Shown here: piece by piece, positions 50,079-61,497 of the stretch
Numbering within the stretch: the stretch's first letter is position 1
Layout: every line of letters starts with the position of its first letter
DNA from: Macrostomum hystrix
Taxonomy: Eukaryota; Animalia; Platyhelminthes
NCBI GenBank assembly: GCA_950097015.1
Contig: CATNEN010000029.1
Location: forward strand, 2,294,001-2,358,000
Length of the DNA stretch: 64,000 nt
Direction: 5' to 3'
Made by a program: the position numbers and the translations under genes
The notes under the pieces: model-generated
What the model was told of the DNA's origin: nothing
What the model saw: only the letters and a program-made list of their open reading frames with translations
The model's database searches: none

Positions 50079-51952
50079 CAACGAATCCACGTTCGAGCTC
50101 GTCAGCTGAGCCCGGCGGCTGTGGCGGCCGCAACCTCCGCGGCTGCTGCGCCGTCATTGCACTCGCCGGTGCTGGCCGATGCCGTGGCGAAACTGCTAGT
50201 CAGACCCGACAGGCGGCCGAGCGACAGCCGTCTGGTCCTTCTGGATGCCACTTTCGGCGCTGGCGGCCACACCCGACGCCTGCTGGAAGCGGCGGCGCCG
50301 GCTCCGGTCACAGTGTTCGCCAGCGATCGCGATCCCGCAGCCCACAGCCTGGCCAGACAGCTCGCCAACTCCTTATCCGCCGCCAATTCGTCAGCTTCCA
50401 TTATTCCCCTATTGGGAAAATTCTCCCAACTAGGGGAACACGCGCTGCCAGCCGGCAGTCTGGACGGCGCCCTGCTGGACCTGGGCCTGTGCTCAGCCCA
50501 GCTGGACAGCCCGGCTCGCGGCTTCGCCCTGTCAGTCCGACGGCCCGCTGGACATGCGAATGAGCGGCGAGGCAGAGGCGGACGCGCCGACAGCGGCAGA
50601 TTTGGTCAACGGCCTGGAGGCCGGCGATTTGGCCGCTCTGTTTCGCGCATACGGCGAGGAGCCAATGGCGCGCCGGATGGCCCGGGCCATCGTCGACTGG
50701 CGTCGGGGTCCTCGCGGCCCGCTGCGCACCACCGGCCAGCTGGCCGACTGTCTGGCTAGCGCCGCCGGGCCGAATCGGCGACGTGACAGCATGGGACGGT
50801 CGGCGCATCCTGCAACCCGAGTGTTCCAGGTGCGACATCGGTTGAGTTTGGATTGCAAGTTTAATCTGTTCGGGAAGTTATATGGACTGGATTGCTAGCC
50901 TATTCAGTTTGTGGTTCAAGAGTGGATTGCTAGCCTATTCAGTTTGCGGTTCTAGAATGGATTGCTAGCCTATTCAGTTTGTGGTTCAAGAGTGGATTGC
51001 TAGCCTATTCAGTTTGTGGTTCTAGAGTGGATTGCTAGCCTATTCAGTTTGTGGTTCAAGAGTGGATTGCTAGCCTATTCAGTTTGTGGTTCAAGAGTGG
51101 ATTGCTAGCCTATTCAGTTTGTGGTTCTAGAGTGGATTGCTAGCCTATTCAGTTTGTGGTTCAAGAGTGGATTGCTAGCCTATTCAGTTTGTGGTTCTAG
51201 AGTGGATTGCTAGCCTATTCAGTTTGTGGTTCAAGAGTGGATTGCTAGCCTATTCAGTTTGTGGTTCAAGAGTGGATTGCTAGTCTATTCAGTTTGTGGT
51301 TCTAGAATGGATTGCTAGCCTATTCAGTTTGTGGTTCAAGAGTGGATTGCTAGTCTATTCAGTTTGTGGTTCTAGAGTGGATTGCTAGTCTATTCAGTTT
51401 GTGGTTCAAGAGTGGATTGCTAGCCTATTCAGTTTGTGGTTCAAGAGTGGATTGCTAGTCTATTCAGTTTGTGGTTCTAGAATGGATTGCTAGCCTATTC
51501 CTTTTGGGAAGTTCTATTGTGGATTGCTAGTCCATCCAGTTTAGGATTTCACCAGCCAGCCTGCTAATTTTTGTCAGGCGCTTCGCATCGCGGTCAACAA
51601 CGAGTTCGCGGAGCTGCTGAGCGGCCTGGAGCTGGTTCGGCGGCTGCTGAAGCCCGGCGCCCCCTGCCTGGTACTATCGTTCCATTCGCTTGAGGATCGC
51701 CTAGTTAAGCGCGTATTCGCCAACCGGCCGCTGGACGACCTGTGCTGGCCGGCCGCCTGGTCGGAGGCTCTTCGTAGACGCCAGCGCCAGCTGCCGCCGT
51801 TGGAACAGGCGCCGGCGCCGGCACCAGTTTGGAGCCTGATGAAATTCGAAGCCAACCGCGGCGAGGACTATCTGGTCGCTGGCGACGCTGAATTGGCTGC
51901 GAATCCCAGGGCTAGGTCTGCTAGACTGCGGGTTGGCTTGAAGCTTGGCTAA
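50079..51952 (+). CDS. METTL15: Mitochondrial 12S rRNA m4C methyltransferase (METTL15 / RsmH-MraW family), frameshifted as assembled
   Basis: Motifs [51 protein letters not shown]|[30 protein letters not shown]. Intron 50830-51577. One extra base at ~50532; no in-frame ATG upstream (stop at 49977), so the start coordinate is uncertain. Confidence 0.88.
50888..51500. repeat. 35-bp minisatellite (TGGATTGCTAGCCTATTCAGTTTGTGGTTCWAGAG) in the METTL15 intron
   Basis: About 17 units. Confidence 0.96.
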
Positions 51953-52004
51953 TGTGTCCCTGAATAGCGACAGATATAGGGTGATCTAGATCTGATGTTG
52001 CAGA

Positions 52005-52075
52005 TTCCACAGCTGTACAGTCCATGGACTGGGGGGCATCCACACGCACCCGAATTTCTACCCCAGCTAATTCTG
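52005..52075 (-). mobile_element. 5'-truncated SINE copy (palindrome family) just downstream of METTL15
   Basis: Palindrome at 52018-52031 plus flanking similarity to 29277-29330. Confidence 0.6.
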
Positions 52076-52444
52076 TTATTCATCAAATATTCACTGCAAA
52101 GTGTGTTTCATGTTAGCAAGTTCAGTAATTTTTATTATATCTGCAAGCAGCTTCTTAGAAATGTAGCTCGTAGATCAAGATAAAATTGTTTTAGTGCTAT
52201 TTTGGTGCAACCAAGTTGTGAAATATCATATAGTGCTATCGGTCAATCTTGCGAAATTTGTTAAAATCTTATATTATAAAATATAATTCATTTGGCATTC
52301 ATTGGATTTTCTAGCTAAAAGTGCATTTCAAGTTAAAACATAAAAACAATATTAAGGTAACAATTCATGCTGATTGGCCTTGTCATTCTTTGTGTCACCC
52401 TTTTCCGACTAAATTACTCACGCCATGGTTTTCTCTGAGCTAGG

Positions 52445-53030
52445 CCTAGAGCTCTAGCTAGAATCGCAGCAAGAACTGTAGCTAGAATCGCAGCAAAAAC
52501 TGTAGCAAGAATCGCAGCAAAAACTGTAGCAAGAATCGCAGCAAGACCTGTAGCTAGAATGGCAGCAAGAACTGTAGCTAGAATCGCAGCAAGAACTGTA
52601 GCTAGAATCGCAGCAAGAACAGTAGCTAGAATCGCAGCAAGAACTGCAGTTAGAATCGCAGCAAGAACTCTAGCTAGAATCGCAGCAAGAACTGTAGCTA
52701 GAATCGCAGCAAGAACAGTAGCTAGAATCGCAGCAAGAACTGCAGTTAGAATCGCAGCAAGAACAGTAGCTAGAATCGCAGCAAGAACTGCAGTTAGAAT
52801 CGCAGCAAGAACTCTAGCTAGAATCGCAGCAAGAACTGTAGCTAGAATCGCAGCAAGAACAGTAGCTAGAATCGCAGCAAGAACTGTAGCTAGAATCGCA
52901 GCAAGAACGGTAGCTAGAATCGCAGCAAGAACAGTAGCTAGAATCGCAGCAAGAACAGTAGCTAGAATCGCGGCAAGAACTGTAGCTAGAATCGCAGCAA
53001 GAAAGTAGCTAGAATCGCAGCAAGAAAGTA
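52445..53030. repeat. 24-bp minisatellite (GCTAGAATCGCAGCAAGAACWGTA)
   Basis: About 24 units. Confidence 0.96.
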
Positions 53031-53524
53031 GCTTACGCATCTCATCTTAAACATAAGGCTATGCTAGAATCGCATCTGGACAGCATTACAGCTTTACTAA
53101 GTGGAACTGCAGAAGAAAACAAGTTTCAATGTCAGTTTCTTGTGCACTTGCAGTGTTCACAAAAATATGGCAAATTTTTCATTGCTCTTTGGCTTTGCAG
53201 CAACTTTCACATCGAAGAAAAGCAAGCCTATAGCTACATACGTGTAGGCGCATCATTACAGTTGTTCACATCCATACACTGTGCTGTATTAATACTGCAC
53301 TTGTAATGTAGATTTTTGAAAACACACCCAGCGCACACAGCACAGCGCAGTCACACAGAATACGCTTATTCTGCAACAATCTGCACTTGCTGCCCTAAGC
53401 TGCAGCTAGAGACGGGGATTTAAGCGAAACATATTGTACTAATTACTGCCCAGCCGGATTACTGGTAAATAATGAAACTCAACTCGTTTCTGTTATCTTG
53501 AATCACCACCTAGATCTCAGATTG

Positions 53525-53925
53525 AATGATCGGGCGATCCTAAATCCCCACCTTGATCACAGATCATTGATCTGATCCCCACCTTGATCGCAGATTGGTC
53601 GGGCGATCCTAAATCCCCACCTTGATCGCAGATCATTTGTCGGGCGAACCTAAATCCCCACCTTGATCGCAGATCAATGGTCGGGCGATCCTAAATCCCC
53701 ACCTTGATCCCAGATTGGTCGGGTGATACTAAATCCCCACCTTGATCCCAGATTGGTCGGGCGATCCTAAATCCCCACCTTGATCCCAGATTGGTCGGGT
53801 GATACTAAATCCCCACCTTGATCCCAGATTGGTCGGGTGATACTAAATCCCCACCTTGATCTCGGATCATTGATCGGGCGATCCTAAATCCCCACCTTGA
53901 TCCCAGATTGATTAGGTGATCTTGA
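53525..53925. repeat. 38-40-bp minisatellite (GGTCGGGCGATCCTAAATCCCCACCTTGATCSCAGATT)
   Basis: About 10 units. Confidence 0.9.
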
Positions 53926-54070
53926 ATGCCCAGCTAAGATCCTTAATAGTTAGTGCGATAAATCCCGACCTAAATGCCTAAACAGCTTGATTTACAAATT
54001 TTCACTCTCGGAAAAAAATGCTTCATCCAGTCAAGTCAGCGCACACTTTAAAATCGAGCAGCTCTCAATA

Positions 54071-56489
54071 ATGGCCAAGGCCCGCCAGGATCTTGACGAC
54101 CGAGTTACCTGTCCGGTGTGCCTGGAGCACTTTGTGGATCCGCGCCACCTTAGCCAGTGCAACCACACTGTCTGCCTGCGCTGCTACACCCGCATGCTTG
54201 CCGGCGCGCCAGAGGGCGTCCGCTGCCCGCTTGGCTGTCCTGGCGTCTGCGACCGTCGGCCAAAGGATCTGGCGACAAACTGGACCATGCTGGACCTGTT
54301 GGAGCAGGTGTGGGGCATTGCTAGTCCCGCGGGTTGGGGAGGAATCGATGAATAACTGCTTGCGTCAGTTAGTTATATATCTCCTCTGAGTCTGATACTA
54401 CCTTCAATTTTGAATACTACATTATAGACAGACTATTCGCTCGTACAGCAATTGAAGTCTTTAAGTCTTCTTTAAGTTTTGTCGTGCCTGGAGCGTTTGA
54501 GATTGTCTGATTCGCGGAATTCAGGCAATGGGTTTTGGATCTTCTGAATCTCCTCCGAAGGAGGTGTTCAGCTTGTAATGCCAATAATTGACAAGGCTAA
54601 ACTGAATTGCTGTGCTGACCCTGTGCTAAAGCTGAAATATATTGCGTACCAACAGATGACAACCGAATTCTTTCGAGCAGGCCAGCCGTGCCCACCTCCT
54701 GGCCGTCTCGCTACCGAAGGGCACCGCCTGCCAGCGAGCCGGTTGCGGCAGCGCCAGCCACGGCCTCTGCGAGCACTGCGACATTGATCTGTGCAGGCGG
54801 CACCTGCTTGAGGACGCCTATCACTATGGCAACGCATGCGAATCGCTCTGCCGATCAACGCGGCGCCTGGCCGACGAGGCCGACGCCGCTTGGCGACGAA
54901 TGCGGGTTGGGCTGGAAGCGCGCCGTGGTCGACTGTCCGAGCTGCAGGCAGCGTGCCGAGACCTGTTGACGCTGGCGCGGGACACCGAGGCGTCCGCTGA
55001 GAAGCAAGCAAAATCCGCACTCTCCGCTGCTCAGGCAGACGCCGATCGGCGGCAGGAGGCGCGCAACCTCGCCGATCAGCTGGAGCAGGAGACTGCTGAG
55101 GGCAACACCGCCGTGATGCGCCAACTGGCTGGCCGGCTGCAGCCGCTGCTTGATCGTCTCCGGACTCGCCGTCTAGCTGGAGAGGCTGACGCTCGTGCCG
55201 AGGCGGCCGAGGTGGCAGCGCTGGAGCGGCTGGGGGAAGCCTGCGCAGAGCTGCGCCGTTTGGCGGCCCCGCTGGCTCAGCGGCTGAGCGCTAGAGGAGA
55301 TGCCGAGGGCGGAGCTTCTAGAAGCGGGGGCGATGGCGTCGGGGACCGCTGGCCACCGAGGAAGATCTTCCACTATCGCTGCATCGACGCCGCCGTCGTG
55401 GAGCACTCGGGCCAAGGCTTGCTGTGCCGTCCGGGCCTTGCCGGGATTCGAATTGGTTCGGCAGCGTCGGCTGCTGAAGGCAAAGCCGGACCCGGCAGCA
55501 GCGAGTCAGGCTGCTGGGAGCCGCTGCCATCTCCTGTTGTCTACCTGCTGGCGCAAGGCGGCTCAGTAATCAAGGTGATCAAGTACAGTCGATGAACTGG
55601 AAGCTGGGATCTTGTGGGATCCGGGAGGCTCTCCACAGCTAACTGGCAACGATCCGTTTCACAGGTACTCAGCTGCTCGGGCCGCAGTCTGTCGTCGCTG
55701 AAGCTGGACTCTACATCTCTTGCCAGTGCCGCTGCCGCTGACTGTGGAGCAGTCGGCAGCCTGACGTGCCTGCTTTATCTTGGCACACGTGACCAGTGCC
55801 TGGCCGCAGCCGACAATAACCGGGTCTACCTGGCTGACTTAGCCGGTCACGTGACACACGCCATCTCCGACGTCGGCAGGCCGTCCGGCCTTAGCGCTGA
55901 TGCTGGCCGGCGTCGACTGTTTGTGGCTGACGCCGATCGACGTCGAGTTGCGGTCCTGTCGCTGGACACGCGAGTCCACCAGCTGACCATCGACGCCGAG
56001 CCGTTTGTTAAGTCGGTCGGTGGAATCGGCATTTTGGACTGCCGCCTCTTCCTAACCGATCCAGATGGTGGACAGGTGCGATTAGCGCGACGTAATTTAC
56101 TCAGCGAGGCGCATTCAGCACTCCTACTAACAGTAGCATAAACCAAACAACATTTTCGATTGCAGGTAGTGGTGCTGGACGCGGACACTGGGCTGCAGCT
56201 TCTGGCCTTCCAAACCGATCGGTCGCCCAACCGTCTAGTTGCAGACGGCAGTTCGGGTGTTGTCTACGTTGTCACCGGAGCTGGCGGTGATCGCATCGCT
56301 GCCCACTGCTCAGATGACGGCCGGCTTCTTGTCAGCGTGGGCGGCTCCGGTGGCACCGGCAATGGCGGTCAACGCCCCGGCGAATTTCGCGACCTCGGCG
56401 GACTGGCCGTGTGCGGCGCCTGCGGTGAATTACTGGCCTGCGACCGGGGCAACGGCCGAGTTCAGGTCTTTCCCCTGCTGCGGGCCTAG
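54071..56489 (+). CDS. TRIM-NHL-like E3 ligase (RING, B-box-like, coiled coil, NHL beta-propeller)
   Basis: Exons 54071-54307, 54681-55574, 55665-56075, 56166-56489, all phase 0. RING CPVC...CNHTVCLRC...CPLGC; CQRAGC...CEHCDIDLCRRH; helical A/E/R-rich segment; NHL-type GRPSGLSAD...LFVAD and GEFRDLGGLAV...CDRGNGRVQVF. Confidence 0.85.
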
Positions 56490-56993
56490 ACTCGAGCCGC
56501 AGCTGCAGTACACGTGTACACAGCATGTACACCAGTGTGCCAGTGTGTACATTATGCTGGGTTCAATTAAGTATGTAGCTAAGGAACGCTAAGGTACACA
56601 CGCACAGGCGTTACGTACAGTAAGCTTTGTTGATATATTACCGTGCTTATTATCAATCAGCAGTTCTAGTACAATAAAATTAATAAAATGTTACAATTCT
56701 CCTTTCAGAGCAAGTAGTCCGTTCTGTGTTATGCAATTTTTCGTATCTGCAGTTACATAGTAAATGTTTATTGGCCAGCTCAGGACAATATTTTTTACAC
56801 TACTGCAGCAAACATAATCTCAGCGAGTTGATAGTAATTCCTATAGTACTTCATTAGCTATAAGCCACATTTTAATGGCACGCAGAGAATATTTTCAGCT
56901 TATCGTAATTCTAAATCTGAACGTGTGGGGCAGATAGTCGTTAGGCAGACCAGGTCAAGGCTCTAAGTCGCTACCTGACGCTTAGTCTGATAA

Positions 56994-57075
56994 GTCGCGA
57001 TGGCCGAGTGGTTAAGGCGTTGGACTAGAAATCCAATGGGGTTTCCCCGCGCAGGTTCGAATCCTGCTTGCGACG
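56994..57075 (+). tRNA. tRNA-Ser(AGA)
   Basis: 82 nt; acceptor stem GTCGCGA/TTGCGAC, A-box TGGCCGAGTGG, anticodon arm TTGGA-CTAGAAA-TCCAA, long variable arm, GGTTCGAATCC; T-runs downstream. Confidence 0.96.
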
Positions 57076-57367
57076 AGACTTTTGTTACTTTTTTCTTGTA
57101 CTTTAAGTTATCAGATTCTGTATATCAAAGACATTGGATGAAAATGTCTTATTTTCCCACGTCATCTATAAGTTTAATCGCACTACTTGGCATTTAAGTC
57201 GCAGCTGACTAAGCCGAGCTTAGACACTACTTATATAGAGAAGTAGCAGATTATGCAGCAGCAATCAGAAATTTACGCAACTACGAAAAAAACTTTTTAT
57301 GACTAAACCCCTAAGAACATATTATAAGCCCGAACAAATTTTAAAAGAACTATTGGATTTTAAAGAT

Positions 57368-58185
57368 TAAGTAGCAGTTGGATATTGGATCTAAAGGATT
57401 GGGTAGCAGTTGGATATTGGATCTAAAGGATTGGGTAGCAGTTGGATATTGGATCTAAAGGATTGGATAGCAGTTGGATATTGGATCTAAAGGATTGGGT
57501 AGCAGTTGGATATTGGATCTAAAGGATTGGGTAGCAGTTGGATATTGGATCTAAAGGATTGGATAGCAGTTGGATATTGGATCTAAAAAAAAGGATTGGG
57601 TAGCAGTTGGATATTGGATCTAAAGGATTGGATAGCAGTTGGATATTGGATCTAAAGGATTGGATATTAGTGGGATATTGGATCTAAAGGATTGGATAGC
57701 AGTTGGATATTGGATCTAAAGGATTGGGTAGCAGTTGGATATTGGATCTAAAGGATTGGGTAGCAGTTGGATATTGGATCTAAAGGATTGGATAGCAGTT
57801 GGATATTGGATCTAAAGGATTGGGATACAGTGGGATATTGGATCTAAAGGATTGGATAGCAGTGGGATATTGGATCTAAAGGATTGGATAGCAGTTGGAT
57901 ATTGGATCTAAAGAATTGGGTAGCAGTGGGATATTGGATCTAAAGGATTGTGTAGCAGTGGGATATTGGATCTAAAGGAGTAGGTAGCAGTGGGATATTG
58001 GATCTAAAGGATTGTGTAGCAGTGGGATATTGGATCTAAAGGATTGGGTAGCAGTGGGATATTGGATCTAAAGGATTGTGTAGCAGTGGGATATTGGATC
58101 TAAAGGAGTAGGTAGCAGTGGGATATTGGATCTCAACTATTGGGTAGCAGTGGGATATTGGATCTCAACTATTGGGTAGCAGTGG
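57368..58185. repeat. 32-bp minisatellite (GGATATTGGATCTAAAGGATTGGRTAGCAGTK)
   Basis: About 25 units. Confidence 0.95.
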
Positions 58186-58970
58186 AAAACTGTATTTAAA
58201 GGACTGTAGGTGGCGGCATTGGCCCCGAGAGCCTGCTACTGTGCAGAGAAGTTATTACTATCTATATTATTAAAAAGGAAATCAACATGCATGATGAAAA
58301 CAGAAGAAACTCAACCCACCTGGTCCAACACATGATCAGTAAGATGAAATTTCGTAGAGGCACATTGTGTACACGGTGGTGAATAAGGTTCAGATTTAAT
58401 CTGCTTTTTGTAAAAGCAAGTTTATAGATGCATCTCGTCGATTTTACACACTGTAGCAATATCTGTCGTCTTCATCAAAATTGGGAAAAGAAATTCTACT
58501 GCTTCAAGTTGGTTTATTGTGAAAAATGTGAGTTGCTTCGATATCGACGAGAAATCTTACTTTCAATTGATATTGAAAGATTGCTTCAAGACTGCTGCCA
58601 ATAGAACAGCTACTTATGATGTACTCGAGTTAAGTTTGCCAACGATCAGACTTCGAGTCTAATTCTCGTAATAGGCTGGAGGGAGGCTTTTTGAAGGATT
58701 GTCGTGCAATTGGCTGCTCGCTGGCATCGGGTCAACTATCGCCAAATGATGCGTCAGTTCGCGCAGCCCCTGAAAGTATTTGCAGCCCCGGCAAATGAGC
58801 CGGCAACAAAAGAAACGACAAAGAACAGTAAAAACTGACGAATTTCATCCAGAGTCATTTCCAATAATTAGCGATTAGCCCAAGCGGCTAAGACTGCTGT
58901 TTATTACGATCAGAGCTCAAGGTGTTTAGCCAACAGAGTTGCATAACTGAGAACAAAGAGTCTGCATGCT

Positions 58971-59544
58971 TTAGATCTTCTTGACGTGTCGCTTCTTATT
59001 CGGCTTGCGCAGCGGCTTCGCCTTGCCCTTGGCCAGCTCTTTGCGGAGTTTGCCAGCGGCGAGGTTGACAATATTATTGCGGATCTGCGGGCCAATGAAG
59101 GTTTAGTGAGGCCAGTTACGAGAGTCAGTGCCTACCAATGCCTTTGATCAAGAAGTGAAATTAGACTAGATATAAGGAAATCAAACTCACCTGCTTAGCC
59201 CGCATTAGCTTGAAGCGGTCGAAGTCGGTCATGCCAGCCCGCAGTTTACGAGTCTCCAACTTCTTGGCCCAGTTGGTCTCCTGCCACTTCTCGTCCAGCT
59301 TGGCGGCCGCCCACTTTCGCTTAACCACAGCGGAGCGAGAGGAATGCGGCAGGTCCAGGTTAAACTTGGTCAGGTGCAGCCGCTTCATGTCGCACACCTG
59401 CCTGCGCACGCCGCTGCAGGGTCCGTCGATCAGCACGCGGTTCTGATCAATCACCTCAGCGATGGCGCACACCTTGCCAGAGTCCTTGCCGTTGGCGATA
59501 AACGCCACGCGACCGACCTCAACAAACTTGTCGAGCTTGCCCAT
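58971..59544 (-). CDS. RPL14: 60S ribosomal protein L14, copy A
   Basis: Exons 59544-59191 and 59084-58971, 106-nt GTGAGT...CCGCAG intron; MGKLDKFVEVGRVAFI...VIDQNRVLIDGP...LTKF...MTDFDRFKLMRAKQ|IRNNIV...KKI*. Confidence 0.96.
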
Positions 59545-59657
59545 GTCGCTGGAACGGTATCGAAGCATGAATAAGTGTACCGGGGAAAAGATAGCCAAAC
59601 GTACATGCTTTCGCTAACAAACTAGCTTGAAATTGGGATTAGGAAAGCCAGAATTGG

Positions 59658-59880
59658 ACACTGTAGCCGTGTTCATTCAGCTTCGAACTTATAATCGAAA
59701 GGTCTGGGGTTCGAATCTCAGCCCAGGGGTTCATCACTACTTGTCTATTTGTTAATGAATGGGCATAACGTGGAAAATTAGAATGTTGAGGACCCCCCCA
59801 CCTCCCAGTCCATGGACTGAACAGCTGTAATCAGCGTTTGGTCTACGAACAGGATGCGCTGCGCAATAGCTGCGGCTGCG
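59658..59880 (+). mobile_element. tRNA-derived SINE (palindrome family) upstream of RPL14 copy A
   Basis: tRNA-like head with B-box GGTTCGAATCTC; palindrome at 59806-59819; TAGCTGCGGCTG shared with the 29.2-kb copy. Confidence 0.7.
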
Positions 59881-60109
59881 TCACTGGCTGTAAAAATGGC
59901 ATAGGGGTGATTTTGGAACTTATAAAGGTTAATGACACTAAATGTGTATGCCTTAGAGTAGTGTAAAAAACAGCTTGAAATTTCCCTTCTTTCCAGAATA
60001 GAAAAACAAAAAAGCTTTTCAACAATGTTTAAACTGCAACAACAAAGTATAAAAATATTCTAGCCTGTAAACTGTAAACTGCCTGTAAGCAAGTCAATAT
60101 TTATTTTTG

Positions 60110-60305
60110 AAAGTTTTCGCTCCGGTCGCACTTAGGCCGCGGTGCTGTTTACTAGTTGCGCTTCACGCGACAGTCAGAACCCATCGCCAAAGTACAGCGT
60201 CAAACAAACCTAAGACTTTAACGTAATTAAAATAACGACTTGTCGCCACCCTTGCTAGCTATGCAGGTAGGGTGCAGCGACCGCGGTAATTCCTGTTGGC
60301 GCGGC
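60110..60305 (-). pseudogene. RPS27A: Decayed 3' end (last ~22 codons + 3' UTR) of ubiquitin-RPS27A
   Basis: Aligns with ~61757-61976; frameshift in the coding part and stop codon lost. Confidence 0.88.
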
Positions 60306-60308
60306 AAA

Positions 60309-61497
60309 CTAAGCCCTCTTCAAGTGACGCTTCTTGTTAGGCTTTCTTAGCCGAGAACTGCTGGTCTTGCGCAGAGATCCAACCGCAATGGAGACAATGG
60401 AGTTTCGAATCTGGAAGCAATGAAAGGACGGAATAAGTTGTTGGAATGCTAAAATTTGCATCATCGCCTCAAACAAGATTCTGAATATATCAAAACACGA
60501 CGTCACCAGCTCCATCTCTATTCTCTACATACGTTCTGCCTAGCAACTGGCCAGGGTTATCCCTCTTCTGAAACCTGGCAAGGACCCCACAGCCGGCTTA
60601 TCTTATCGACTGCCTCGAGCCATACATCCTATCTTCCCATGTTGGCATCCGGCTACACATCACGATCTGCACTTGAATTCTACTATTCTACTGCCTGCTG
60701 TAGACACGAAACCTTACCTCGGTCAGATTTGTCAATATCTCGACTAGGTCCACTCCACTCTGTTCACAGCAAGCAGTCATCAACATTCGTTTTGGCCCCT
60801 ATTACAACCTGGGCAACGTTCCCAATCACTAAGTTACCCTGCTCCATATCCACATGCATTCTGTAACGCAACTGGACTTAGGCCACTTGCCGCAGATCCT
60901 ACGCCGAATTTCTCGAAGTCAACTTTAATTAAACGCATGAGCTCCGACTGCACGTCAGGACTATGCCAAGCTCAAAAATCAGCACATTCGCAACGCACCC
61001 AACAACAGCCGTGACTTATCGACCGATCAGAACTTGCCTTCCGCACTAGGACCCAGCGACTCAATCTCACTCAATGTCGCATTTTCCCGTGGTGGACTAC
61101 ATTAGGACCCCAACACAACTAATGAACTCATGAACAACGTCACCTGCTTAGCCCGCATTAGCTTGAAGCGGTCGAAGTCGGTCATGCCAGCCCGCAGTTT
61201 ACGAGTCTCCAACTTCTTGGCCCAGTTGGTCTCCTGCCACTTCTCGTCCAGCTTGGCGGCCGCCCACTTTCGCTTAACCACAGCGGAGCGAGAGGAATGC
61301 GGCAGGTCCAGGTTAAACTTCGTCAGGTGCAGCCGCTTCATGTCGCACACCTGCCTGCGCACGCCGCTGCAGGGTCCGTCGATCAGCACGCGGTTCTGAT
61401 CAATCACCTCAGCGATGGCGCACACCTTGCCAGAGTCCTTGCCGTTGGCGATAAACGCCACGCGACCGACCTCAACAAACTTGTCGAGCTTGCCCAT
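60309..61497 (-). CDS. RPL14: 60S ribosomal protein L14, copy B (divergent C-terminal exon)
   Basis: Exon 1 61497-61144 (1 synonymous difference from copy A); intron 61143-60411 (GTGACG...TTCCAG); exon 2 60410-60309 = IRNSIVSIAVGSLRKTSSSRLRKPNKKRHLKRA*. Confidence 0.85.
60480..61135 (+). mobile_element. Decayed non-LTR retrotransposon fragment, antisense within the RPL14-B intron
   Basis: Frameshifted VLPSNW / QLARVIPLLKPGKDPTAGLSYR matches the pre-RT motif of LINE ORF2; AAC-rich 3' end. Confidence 0.55.

Noticed and set aside
1-53040. Long ORFs inside tandem arrays (e.g. 8..559, 1924..2751, 6053..6572, 12011..12377, 15956..16267, 24819..25499, 30369..31159, 52414..53040)
   Set aside because: They are translations of stop-free repeat units, open in several frames and on both strands, without splice or domain support.
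1127-58185. Apparent preference of array periods for ~20-21 and 32 bp (helical multiples)
   Set aside because: Many other periods (15, 16, 18, 19, 23, 24, 27, 29, 35, 38) occur; the sample is too small without a genome-wide test.
28281-59730. Additional tRNA genes at 28281, 29410-29475, 59658-59725 and 23020-23070
   Set aside because: Acceptor stems or D-arms do not pair properly; they are better explained as SINE heads or fragments.
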